The notes beneath the pieces were generated by a model that was given only the letters and a program-made list of their open reading frames with translations, had not been told where the DNA came from and made no database searches. Below, one piece after another: positions 46,260-57,411 of a stretch of 64,000 nucleotides of DNA. Position 1 is the stretch's first letter; each line of letters begins with the position of its first letter. Source of the DNA: Caecitellus pseudoparvulus (taxonomy: Eukaryota; Protista; Bigyra: Bicosoecida); assembly GCA_965644315.1 (NCBI GenBank), contig CBFFRQ010000078.1, forward strand, positions 310,001 to 374,000, in the 5' to 3' direction. The position numbers and the translations under genes were made by a program.

Positions 46260-48115
46260 TCATGATGGCTCCTGGGCTGGGGTATTGGGGTGCACTTTGC
46301 CGCGCACCACCGCATGCGGCTTGCTCGCGCTGCCACCCGCTTCTTTTCCCGCCTTTGGCGTCGGGTGGGGGCTGGGCTGCGGGATGTGGGTGTCTGGCGT
46401 GGACGGGGGCACCCCCGTTGCAACGGACACCTGCACTGCAGGGGAGGCCTCTTGGGCCTCCTGCTCAACCGCCACATTCTTGGCATCGTCAAGGACAGGC
46501 GCGAGCTTAGGGGCCGCGTCCCCCGGCTGGCTGCTGGCGCTGGCACTTGGCAGGGTTCGGAACTGCTGCCTCCCCCGCAAGGACCGCTTGGGCCCCCTGG
46601 CTGCCCCTGGCCCAAGGACGACTTCGTCTGAGACCGCTGCAGCGAAGCTGGATCGGTACAGAACGTGGCGTGCCAGCGCCTCTGTGACGAGGTGTGCCAG
46701 GCCGAACAAGACGATTGCCTCCACCAGGCGCAGGATGACGTGCTCCCACCTGGGTCGCCCCAGCGTGCCGCCGTGGATGATTTGCAGAGTGATGCCGGTG
46801 CGGGTGCGCTGCACAGGGATGTCCAGGTGTCGGTCCATGACCTGGTCTGTGCCCAGGAACCCCCACGCGCCAGGCAGCGCGCGCACGGTAATGTCACAGC
46901 GGGGGTCGGGCCACAGTTCCCAGGGGCGGTAATTGGAGTACTCCATGCGCAGGAGGAGCACGAGGCCGGTGAGGCGGTACGTGGGCTGCTCTGACGGGCG
47001 GCCGCCTCTAAACCACTCCATGATGTGCTTGGCGTTCAGGTCTGGAACACCCCCCAAGAGCAGCCAATCCGCCATGGTCAGGCGGCTCAAAAAGGCGCCG
47101 TCTGGGAAAGCAGCCCGCACGGAGCCATCTTCACGTAGAACTCGGGTGTGCACGTTGGTCAGCCCGCTGTCCATCCCTGTGCAGGGCAAGTGGGGAAGAC
47201 GTGGCGGGCTGCGTGGAAGCCTGTGCAGGGCGTCACCCACATGAGGCAGACGCAACGTGGATCATGTTCATGAGAGCGGCCTCAGGGTGGTCTGTAAAGC
47301 GAGACTGCTCCACAGAGGATCCATTGGGCAATTGCCCGGACACTGCCTGACGAAGGGGGGAAGTGGAGGGTCGCGTGTACCGAGTCTGGCCACAGCAGCC
47401 AGGAAGGAGGCAACGCCACGCACACACCTCCCACGTCACAGCCGTGAAGGTCCCAGCCCCGGCCTGCACAGTGATGTGCTGCCTATCGTCAAATGGGACG
47501 CATTCCTGGGGGGCGTGGAGGCGGGGGAAGTGCCTGTCACGCTGCGTGCCGTGCCGAAGCGAGGAGCCAGCGCCGTACAAAGTCCTCCGTGACGCTGATG
47601 GAGCTGGACTGGATGGTCTCCTCACGAGTGAAGCCCTCTCCCCACGTGACGAGGGTCTTGTTGGAGCAATGCAGTGGGGTTGGCTGGGGCGCGGGAGGAG
47701 CGGGAAAAGGTGCCTTGTGCGCAAAAGGTGCAGGATGCCCCACAAGGAAGGCAGTCCACCCCACGAACCAACTGGCCTCTGGTCGAGGGATTGGACGTCG
47801 CAGGCCACATGTTTGAGTATGCACTCGGTGATTCGAAAGCAGCGTGGGCGTGGTTCAAGAGGAACTGTGCTTGGGCCAGCGCGGAAGGGATCGTTTCACA
47901 CACGTTTCGGCGCTGCCAACGTTCATGGACACAGCGCGTGCTCGGCGCAGACACACCTGGACGACGACCACATACAGCACAACCAGCATCTGAAGGAACA
48001 CAGATATCCAGCTGAGGCAGGCATCGTGCACAATCACCGTTCGCGGGGTCTTGAAGCGTGTGGAGAAGTAGAGCAGGTCACCACAGGCTGCCCTGCATTC
48101 GGCGGGGCAACGCAT
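46260..48115 (-). CDS. P2X receptor-like two-TM ion channel (protist type, divergent)
   Basis: N-terminal FKTPRTVIV (cf. YxTxK/R) then TM1 (ISVFLQMLVVLYVVVV). Ectodomain motif YRLTGLVLLLRMEYSN as in amoebozoan/algal P2X. Pre-TM2 RTGITLQIIHGGTLGR and TM2 (VILRLVEAIVLFGLAHLVTEAL). Internal exon boundaries are not fully resolved. Confidence 0.72.
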
Positions 48116-48255
48116 GGAGGCTGCAAGGTTCCATGCAAACGCCTCACGTGGCACCGTCCCCGATCCAGTAGGATGAACGACTCCAGGCGCCCAGGCGTGG
48201 CAATGGTTTATACATTACAGCAGTGCCTGCCAGGCAACGCCTGCCAGCGGCCCCC

Positions 48256-50534
48256 TCAGCCCAGGCGCGCGCCCCCCCTCCGCACGCCCACTTTCGCGAC
48301 GTGCTGCAGCTGTTTAACGAGGAAGGCGAAGGCAGCAGCGAGAACAGCTGCCTGGGCCTCGGTGGCCGCCTGCATGTCCAGCGTGCGCGAGCTGGTGAGC
48401 AGGGAGAAAAACGTGTCTGCAGATGCAGCATCCACGCCGCCTTCGCTCGCACGCTGACACAGCAGTTGCGTGCTGATGCCCCGAGTGACTCCTACGACGT
48501 GCAACATGGGGATGCTGCGCTGGGTGTCGCCCATGAGCCGGTCCAGCAACCGCCCCGTGCGCCAGTGCACTTCCGTCAAGTCGTCCGAGAGCCACATGTG
48601 CCTGGGCTTGGCGCCGCCCGTGCGCCCATGCTTCACGACTTGAAAGCCATGCACGACCAAAGGTCGCAGGGCGACGTGGAAGGTGGACCAACTCATGTCG
48701 TCAGAGTCCAGGGCGCCGCTACTGAGCACTTGCTGGGCAAATGCTTCGACATCCAGCGCCCCCACCCGCAGAGCCTCAGCCGGCGAGGCGATTCCTGATC
48801 CGCCCCGGCTGCTGCCTGCCCCGCCGCGGGCAAGGCAGGCAGTGGAGGGAGGGCCCTGGCTCGTGAACAGGTCAAGTGTGGACCCTGTCCGAGACAGGAC
48901 CCCCTTGGAGAGGCCCGAGAGGCTGGGGCGTTTGCCGCCCAGGCCCTCCGAGTGCAGGCTGTGGCGCCGGCGCCGGCTGCCCGAGGGCCGGCGTGGGAGC
49001 ACCCGAGAGGGGGGATGTTTGGGGGGACTGTCGCTGTCCGCCCGCCCTTCCAGCGCGGCGACCCCCCCTTCACCCCCCTCCTCCTCCTCCTCGTCCCACG
49101 CCGCCACATCCGCCTCCTCCACCATCGCAGCCAGCACGTCCAAGTCAAGCCCTTCCAGGTTCAGGTCGGGGTGCAGGTGGCTGCTGGAGGGGGGTGGAGG
49201 GGGGGTGCACGGAGGCGGAGGGGGGTCGGAGTGGGCTGCCTGTGGCTGTCCAGTGTGTGTCTTCCCAGCCTTGTCGCCTGGAGGCGGCGGGGGCGTGGCG
49301 TGGCGTGGCGGAGGGGGGGGCGCGGACGAGGCACCTGGGCCGTCCAGCGCCGGCCCAGGCAGGCCCTGCAGCGACACGTAGCGATTGCCCAGCACCTGCA
49401 GGGGCTTGAACCCCAAGGGCGGCGGGGCTGCCTCCAGCCCCTTCAGGAACAGCAGCAGGTGTCCGTGCCGTGGAGCCCAGTGGCCAGCCCAGGGGAGGGA
49501 TGTCTTGCTGAGGATGGCCGTGGCCAGCTCGTGCAGCGGCAGTGCGTGTCCTGTGGCCGAGATAATCGCGAACACCAAGCCGCGCAGCATGTTCTCTTCC
49601 AGCGTGTGGGAGTCGATGAAGGGGGGGGGCGGCGCTGACCCCGGGTCCTGTGCTGTGCCATCCTCAGGCGCAGGCTCCCCGCTCGCCTGCTCCAGACTGC
49701 TGCCACTGGGGCCCTCCACGAGCGCCTCCACGTGCGAGAGGGCTGCTTCACTGAGGTCGGCGCAGTCTGACTCGGAGTCACCCAGCCCCAGTGCGTCGGC
49801 GAGGGAACGCGAGTCGCCGCTCATGCTCTTGCGGCGGTGGAAGTCAAAGGCACCCCCTGACACGTTGACGGGTGCAGGCTGTTTCACGGCCGTTGCCTCT
49901 GACGGCGGGTTTGACATGGCCTGCACCTCGTCTGCGGCTGGCAGTGTCAGCGAACCAGGTAGCTGCCCAGCCTTGGCTGCGGGTGCGCCGGTCGGCTGCA
50001 GCGGCGCAGGAAGGGCGACTACGACGGCGTCCATAGGAAGCTTGTCAAGCGAGATGACCTGTCCATCGGGGGCGATGAACTCTGTCTCGCCCTGGACGCA
50101 CGGAGGATGTGAGGAGTGCTTGAGTGCTGGCCACCGTCGCAGCGACACACGCAGCTGGCTGAGCGCTTCGCCTCGCACCTGTTGAATGAACTGCGTACCG
50201 GAGTATGCCAGCCCCCCAGCGCCATCATGCAGGCTCTGCAGCGCCTCTCGTTCTGTGTATTCGCACGGGGGGCCAGTGCGGGGTGACCCTGGAGCGCAGA
50301 CGCAGCTTGCGGCGCACCGCCACCACACTCACGAGCTTGCCTGTACGCTTCTTCCTGCTGCCGCTGACGGCGCCGAAATGCCACCTGGCTCAAATGGGCA
50401 GGGGCGCTGCCCTGATTGAATGCTTCTATGAGTCCTGACACGCCAGGGGCGGCTGGCTGTCGACTGCGCACAGTGCTTCGCCTGCGAGTGCGAAGCCTCA
50501 GAGGCTGCGCGGTGCCCGAGCCTGCCTCTGCCAT
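48256..50534 (-). CDS. Pro-rich protein with C-terminal PH domain and a possible central winged-helix (LOTUS/OST-HTH-like) domain
   Basis: C-terminal GFQVVKHGRTGGAKPRHMWLSDDLTEVHW...SIPMLHVVGVTRG...FSLLTSSRTLDMQA matches PLC-like/Mcp5-type PH domains. ATG at 50534 (MAEAGSG), with 5' introns inferred. Confidence 0.7.
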
Positions 50535-50865
50535 GCTGCCCGTGCTGGCTGCGATGGCTCCCTCCCTGGCAGGCGATACAAGGCTCCCCACGAGACGCCC
50601 TTTCACAGTGCAGCTGGGGCGCCTGGGCTGCCTTAGGTGCCCAATTGCGTGGAGGGTTGTGCAGCGAGAAGCGCGAGCACGTGTGTGTCTGCACGATGAC
50701 TGGAGCAAATGACCGACGGGAGCAGGCAAGTGTTCAAAACACAAACACACCGTCCTGTACGTACGTGAGAATTGACTTCGGTTCTGCGATTGTCCAAGAG
50801 TCCCCGCGTGCAGCACTGCAGGCACTGCGTGCGAGGGAGTTGCGGAGGATCTCGACAGCAAAGCC

Positions 50866-52431
50866 ATGCCGGGCGTGACGTCGGACTGTCCTGAAGGACT
50901 CACTCCAGGCGTGCCTCCGGACGGCATTTACTGGGGCAACGTCTTTCACAAACGATTTCACCCCACTGTGCATGCCTTTGAGTACCCGGTGTACTTGACG
51001 TTTCTTGACGTGGAGGTGCGGCTGACGTCGCGGAAATTGTATCCGCTCCAACCCACCCGCCTGCCCTCCCGCACCGTGGCAGAAGGCCCCGACGTCACTG
51101 GGCGCACTGTGGCCTGTGGCTGGATACAACACTGCGGCTTTGGCTTCGTTCTACCGCTCCGACCACGTGCGCAGCGAACCCGAGGAACGCAGCGTTGATG
51201 AGGGGGTGAGTGTGACGTGCATTCCTTCGCCGCGCCTGACGCTGGCGCAGATCCAAGCCGACGCTGCTGCCGCCGCAGATCCGGGACATTGTCCAGCGCA
51301 AGTGTGGCTGGAGACCTGACGGCCCCATCAAAGTGCTCACCCACATGCGATACCTGGGGTATTGCTTGAACCCTGTCTCGTGGTACTACTGCTACCACAA
51401 GGCGCCTGAGGATGAGGCATACCACGTCGCTGCTGTGGTGGCTGAAGTCACCAACACTCCCTGGTGCGTGGGTCTCCTGCGTCTGGGGCACGGCTGTGCC
51501 AGGGGCAGGCGAGGTGTAGCTTGTTGTGGCACTGCCACGCCGCTCACACAGACCCCCTCCTTCCTCTCACAGGAACGAGATGCATCACTACGTGTGCCAT
51601 CCGGGAAACCCAGAGACGACAGACCTGAGCGTGCCCCGCATCACAGTGGGCCTGACAGGCAAGGCCCTGCAAGACGCCAGCACTGTGAATGCGGCTGCGG
51701 AGGACCAAGCCGCTGCTCGCTCGGCCGGTGACGTGCCCAGCCGCCTGGTGCTGGCGCCAGCGCAGCCCCGGCGCAAGGTGCGCTGCCGCTTCGACAAGAC
51801 CTTCCATGTGTCGCCCTTCATGGACATGGACCAGCAGTGCGTTGTGCGGTGTGGGGTCTCCTGCCCGCCCCGTGCCCCAGCCTACACTGAGCCACGCACG
51901 TACCCCTTCCCCGCACAGGTACGACTGGACGCTGTATGAGCCCGGCCAGCAGTGCATCGTGTACAACACCAATACGAAGGGCGGGAAACCGCAGCTCTTC
52001 GCCTCCTTTCGGGGCTCTTACTCGCCCCTGACTGCGTGGAACTTATTCAAGGCTATTGTGGGTGGGCAGCTCGCCTCGACACCGCTTCCGCCGTGCACCA
52101 CCACCTCCCGCTGCCTTTCCAGGTCGCCATGCCCTGTGCTGCCCTAATCGTGCATTTCTGGATTCTGTGGAATGCCGTGTTGCTGTGGTGCAAGGGGGTG
52201 CCGCTGTTCCAACACCCAGCAGGCAGCGAGAGTGCCGAGTCACGATTCATTGGCGCTCTGGCCACGCCGTTTATGGTAGTGGCGGACTGGCTCAAGGGCA
52301 GTGCGGCACCAGAGCCGCCTCACAGAACAGACGATGGGGCAGGGTCGGTCCCCAGTGCCGAGGCGGCCGGTGACTCTCACGAGAAACGCGGGAGTGCCCA
52401 CGGCCTCCGGCAGCGTGCCGTGGCACAGTAA
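50866..52431 (+). CDS. DUF1365 family protein
   Basis: Exon pieces in order: IYWGNVFHKRFHPTVHAFEYPVY, LASFYRSDH, VLTHMRYLGYCLNPVSWYYCY, VVAEVTNTPW/NEMHHYV, KTFHVSPFMDM and IVHFWILWNAVLLWCKGVP. About 6 short introns. Confidence 0.88.
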
Positions 52432-52464
52432 AATGCATGGCAGCGATGAGCTTCCTCCTGCATT
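52432..52464. terminator. Paired candidate polyadenylation signals (AATGCA on + at 52432-52437, on - at 52459-52464)
   Basis: One motif per gene in the 48-bp gap between the DUF1365 and PGK stops. Confidence 0.65.
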
Positions 52465-52479
52465 CACCACACATGCCCC

Positions 52480-54034
52480 CTACTCTGCTCGGGCCTTCTT
52501 AGCGGGGCTGCCGGCCGGCTCTGCCTCCGGCGCGTCTGACAGCGCCACCACGCCCGGCAGCTGCTTGCCCTCCAGCAGCTCCAGGGAAGCGCCACCCCCA
52601 GTGGATACGTGCGAGACGGAGTCCTCAGCGCCAAAGTCCTTGGCGGCAGTGGCCGTGTCACCGCCGCCGATGATGGTGGTGCTGCCGTCAGCTGTGGCAG
52701 CCACCACTGCCTCCATGACAGTCTTGGTGCCGCCTGCGAACGGCTCCATCTCAAAGACGCCCATGGGCCCATTCCACACAACTGTGCGAGCACGCCGGAC
52801 GACGTCGGCGAAGGCGGAGGCTGATGCGGGGCCGATGTCCAGGCCCATCCATCCAGCGGGCACGCCCTCTTGCTGCGTCACCACCTTGTGCTCTGCACTG
52901 GCGTCAAAAGCGGCGGCAGCGACGAAGTCCGTGGGCAGGTGGATCTTCACGCCCTTCGCCTCGGCCTCGGACATGATGTCTGCGACGATGTCAGCGCCTG
53001 CCTCGTCGAACAGAGACGCGCCGATGTCCACACCCTCCAGGGTGCGCTTGAAGGTGAAGGCCATCCCTCCCCCGATGATCATCTCATCCACCTTGTCCAG
53101 CAGGCTGCGGATGAGCTGGATCTTGTCGGCTACCTTGGCGCCGCCCAGGATGGCCACGAACGGCCGCTCCGGCTCGCTGAGCGCCTTGCGGAAGTAGTCC
53201 AGTTCCTTCTTCATCAAGAAGCCCGCCGCACGGGTGTCGGCTGACACACCCACCATGCTGCTGTGCGCGCGATGAGCGGTGCCAAAGGCGTCGTTCACTG
53301 TGCAAGGCGCGGGGATGGTGCCCGAGGACTGTGGCGTGACGAGCTGAAGCCGCGGCAGGTCAACGCACCATAAACGTCCCCCAGCTTGGACAGTGAGGCA
53401 CGGAAGGCCTCCACTTCCTCTGCGGACGGCTTGAACTTCTTGCCGTCCGCGTCCACGCCCTTTCCCTCCTCCGCCGCGTGGAAGCGCAGGTTCTCCAGCA
53501 GAAACAGGCTGCCGGCGGCAGGGTCTGCGCACGCCGCCTCCACCTCAGCGCCAACGCAGTCGGACAGAAACGTCACGGGGACCTCCAGCCGCTCCTCCAG
53601 CACCTTGGCCACAGGAGCCAAGGAGAACTTGCTGGAGGCTTGCCCTGCTGGGCGCCCCAGGTGGGACATGAGCACGATGGACTGGTGGCGACGCGGGGAA
53701 GGAGTGTGCGGAAATTGACACGACACTGCCAACCCAGCTTGCACGCACCTTAGCGCCCGCATCCAAAGCATACTTGATGGAGGGGATAGCAGCGTCAATG
53801 CGCTGGGTGTTGGTGATCTCGCCGGTCTGCGAACACGCCGCAGTGCGCCAGTGTGCTCCTGGCCATCCCGCGCAACTCAGCTGCTTCGACACGCCGCACC
53901 TTCTTGTCTTGAGGCACGTTGAAGTCCACCCGCATGAGAACTCGCTGGCCTGACAACGGAACTGCGTCCAGAGACAGCTTGTGCAGGGCCATGGCCCTGG
54001 AGGCAGTGCCGGCGACAGCCTTTGCGGCAGCCAT
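52480..54034 (-). CDS. PGK: Phosphoglycerate kinase
   Basis: [84 protein letters not shown] and [17 protein letters not shown]. Three short introns. Confidence 0.98.
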
Positions 54035-54427
54035 GGTGCGACAGCTAAGTGGTGCTTGTCTGCTGTGTTGGAGGGTGCTCTTGCAGCTGCAGTGCAAGTG
54101 AAGCGGGGGAGAGTCTCGGTACCTGGTGTTTGTGGCGTGATGAAAGTGTGTCATGCTCTGGCCTGCGCGTGGACATTGCTCAATATTGCGCCGTCGATAG
54201 AGCAAGTAAATAGGTAAGAATGGGCATTGAGTTTGTCGCAGTGCTTTGCCCTCCACCACTCTTCTAGCAATCCTCCACCTCTGCCGGTCAAAATGAACAC
54301 AAGGAGCAATTTAGCCGGAAGGAGACAAGCCACCCCCCACGGCAGGCCTGCTCTTCCTGGCGTGGCGCCAGTCAGGCCCGCTCCGCTTCGAGTTGAGTTG
54401 GCAGCCTTCCGAAGGCGCTTCCCGGAC

Positions 54428-56158
54428 ATGTCCAGCCAAAGCAGCTGGACAGCCCAGCGCTTGCTGCGGGGCGCGTATGCCGCAGGGTGCATGCTTTTTG
54501 TGACATGTGCTGTGATTTCGGGGTTAGTGTTGCAGCCAGTGGCCCTCAGTCGTCGGGTCATGCTGCCTGGCGACACGGCGTGCGGTGACGGAGGGCAGCT
54601 GCCGTCCAGCGTTTCGACAGCGTTGCGCGAGGTGACTGGCTACAGCGATCTGACCTGTGCTTGTGGGCACGTGTCATTGCACGCGCAAGATGCCCCAAGC
54701 AGCCCAAACAAGACTCGAATTATCCTGCCAGAGGCGTCCACTGGGGGAAAGCGCCTGCTGTACGGGTGGCTGAGCTCCACAAGTCAGCTGGTGGCACAAA
54801 GCACGCCAGTGACCCTGGTCGCTGACTTGCCGAGCGGCTCAGCCGCGGTCCTGGACACGGTCACTGGGCCAGGCATGGCTGCTTCCTGCTCCTTTACCCA
54901 GTGGCCGTTATTGCTGACCTATCTGCCCGCTGGTGCGCAAGGCACGATTGACGCGTATGCCCTGGGGACTGATGGGGGTGTTGCCGCTGGCGTCTGGGCT
55001 TGCAGCACTGGACAGGCCACTGCCAGCGCCCCAGACCCCAGCGCTGCGTGGCTGTGGGATGCGCTGGATGCCCCTGACTGCGTTGCGGAGCGCAAGAGTC
55101 ACTCAGTGCTCCTGGACGCCCTCGCCCTAGGCGCATCCCTCGTCGCGACGTTTCTGTCTGCCATGCGACGGGAACACAAGGCGGGTCGCAGGGCAGCTGC
55201 GGCGCGCCAGGAGCGTGCTGCAGCCACAGCAGGCGGTGCAGACAGCTACAGCGCTGTGCCCACTGCTCTGGCCTCTCGTCCTGCGCTCATTGTTGCCCTG
55301 GTGCTGCTGGCCGTGAACACGGTGAATGGTGGGTTGGCGCTGGGAAAGCTCGCCAACCAGCCCCTGCGCTGCGCGGGGCCAGGGGCGGCAGCCCAGTGGA
55401 ATGAGTGGGTTGCTGCGATTGCTTCTTCCAGCCTCATCGTCAGCGTGGTGGGCATCGGCATGGGCATCGCGGCGCTGTCGGCGCACTTCAGCGACATGGA
55501 GGCGCTGTCCAAGCACACCGCCACTGTCGCAGGCGTGTTGGGGGGGCTGCTCTTGCTGGTCCTGCTGCCACACTTGCTGTCTGGTGCCGTCGTGTTCATC
55601 GGCGTGTGGATGTTCAATGCGATCGCACTGCTGCTGGTGCTGCTGGTGGCGGCGGGGTGCCTTGCAGTGCTGGCGCTCGGGGTGTGGAAGCTGTGGCGGC
55701 TTTGTCGCCCCCCTGCAGACACCGCCCCGGAACAGGGCGGCCTCACGACCACGGCAGCATTGCAGCGTGTGCTCTTGGCCATGTCTGCGCTGTCCGTCGG
55801 TGTGTGGGTGGCTGCTCTGCCCCAGTTGGCGGCGGTGCGACTGCGTTTCGGCATGGAGGACACGCTGTGCCACGGGGTGGAGGGCGCCATCGAGGACACG
55901 TACAAGGAGGCCTTTCCATGGGACTTTGCGACCCTGGCGTTCCCGAACCCCATACCGGCCATCCTGTCCCTGAATGTCGGTTTTGCGGCGGTGATCTCGT
56001 TCCTGTCGCAGAACGCGGCGGGGTGTGTGGCCGTGGGAGTGGCGGTGGGTACGCTGTGTGCCTGTGCAGCGGCGCGCAGACACAGCCAGGCCCAGCCGAC
56101 GCCCCCAGCTACCGAGATGTCAGCACCCTCCAAACCTTCCCAGCCAGCAACAGCCTGA
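54428..56158 (+). CDS. Hypothetical multi-pass membrane protein
   Basis: Single long ORF with an N-terminal hydrophobic segment, a Cys-containing loop and about 7-8 further hydrophobic stretches. Start inferred at MSSQSSW (54428). No family recognised. Confidence 0.65.
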   Translation: MSSQSSWTAQRLLRGAYAAGCMLFVTCAVISGLVLQPVALSRRVMLPGDTACGDGGQLPSSVSTALREVTGYSDLTCACGHVSLHAQDAPSSPNKTRIILPEASTGGKRLLYGWLSSTSQLVAQSTPVTLVADLPSGSAAVLDTVTGPGMAASCSFTQWPLLLTYLPAGAQGTIDAYALGTDGGVAAGVWACSTGQATASAPDPSAAWLWDALDAPDCVAERKSHSVLLDALALGASLVATFLSAMRREHKAGRRAAAARQERAAATAGGADSYSAVPTALASRPALIVALVLLAVNTVNGGLALGKLANQPLRCAGPGAAAQWNEWVAAIASSSLIVSVVGIGMGIAALSAHFSDMEALSKHTATVAGVLGGLLLLVLLPHLLSGAVVFIGVWMFNAIALLLVLLVAAGCLAVLALGVWKLWRLCRPPADTAPEQGGLTTTAALQRVLLAMSALSVGVWVAALPQLAAVRLRFGMEDTLCHGVEGAIEDTYKEAFPWDFATLAFPNPIPAILSLNVGFAAVISFLSQNAAGCVAVGVAVGTLCACAAARRHSQAQPTPPATEMSAPSKPSQPATA

Positions 56159-56220
56159 GCCCCCCCCTCTCCAGCGTGACTGCGTGCCCACGCCAGCAAT
56201 AGCTCGGCTCCGGCTGCAGA

Positions 56221-57293
56221 CTAGAGAATGTATTCGCAAATGTGCAGCGCCAGATCCCCGGGCAGCCTCTGCAACAACCTGGCGGCTGCAGCTACTGGAC
56301 ATGACCCTTGCCTTTGCACCGCATGTGCGTCGCGCAGTAGCTTCTGGCGTCCCCAATGTCGCAAGGAGACGCTGTGTTGTGGGGCGCAGGCTTGAGAGTA
56401 GGTCCCGCTGCTGCCGAGGCAGAGGAACGCCGACGCCGCAGAGCAGGCGCTGGGCTTCGCATGTGCACTGGAAACACTCGACTGGGAGTCCTCGGGGGCC
56501 TCCCTGTGAGTGGCAGCTGCGACAGTGCGGCCAGAGCGTCCTGAGCCCAATAGCGGCAGAAGGAGTGTCCAGCTGCCGCGGCTGAGAAGGGCGATGGAGA
56601 TGTCCCAACGCCGAGCAGCTTGCGCCCACTGCAGTGGAGTACTTCGCTCCCATTCGCCCTGACGTGGCGTGTCGGGGCTGGCCCCTGCACGCAGAAGGAG
56701 CTGCACCATGTCTAGGTCACCTGCACGAACCGCAAGCAACAGCGGCGTGAATCCCCCTCCATCTGTCGCGTTCAGGACGCCCGCTGTGGCAGCCACCTCC
56801 GCAAGGCGGGCTGCAACAGCGTGGTGTCGAAGGGAGAACGGCGTGGAGCATGCGACGTGCAGCGGCGTGCTCCCCATCTGTGATGAAGTGCAGTGGGAGT
56901 TCAGGGTTTGGGCCGGTGACCTGGCCCGGGCGCATTGCGGTGCACGCACAGCGTTTCGGCTGCAGACGCTGGCATTGACAGCAAGCAGGCAATCAACAAC
57001 TTTCACGTTCCCATGTGCGCTTGCAAGGTGCAGGGGGGTGGCTTGGGAGATCTGCGAGGGGTGGTCGAGGGGTCGCGTGCCCACCTCGCGAACGTCGACG
57101 TGACGCAGCTGGCGCTCACACTGTGCTCCACGCAGGCGGCGGCATCGCGCCCAACGGCTGTGAGAATGAGTTCAACCGTCCTTTCGTCGCCCATGCGGCA
57201 TGCGATGCACAGCGACCGCTGCGCGGCAGCGAGCATGCCGTTGCTGTGGCCGCCGCTCGTGGCGCCGCGTGCTGCGCTGTGCTGCAGCCACAT
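56221..57293 (-). CDS. Ankyrin-repeat protein with C-terminal LP-x-D-L...I..Y motif
   Basis: ATPLHLASAHGNVKVVDCLL, GSTPLHVAC, GFTPLLLAVRAGDLDMVQLLLRAGASPD and STPLQWA. Two short introns; start uncertain. Confidence 0.82.
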
Positions 57294-57411
57294 GTCTAGG
57301 GAATGTGCATGGAATGCTATACAGTCGAAAGGCGTAGTGTGTGATCGTGAAATTTGGGTTTTGATGCGGGCATGGGCGTTGCAAATGCAGACAGCAGTGC
57401 ATTCGGCCGGG

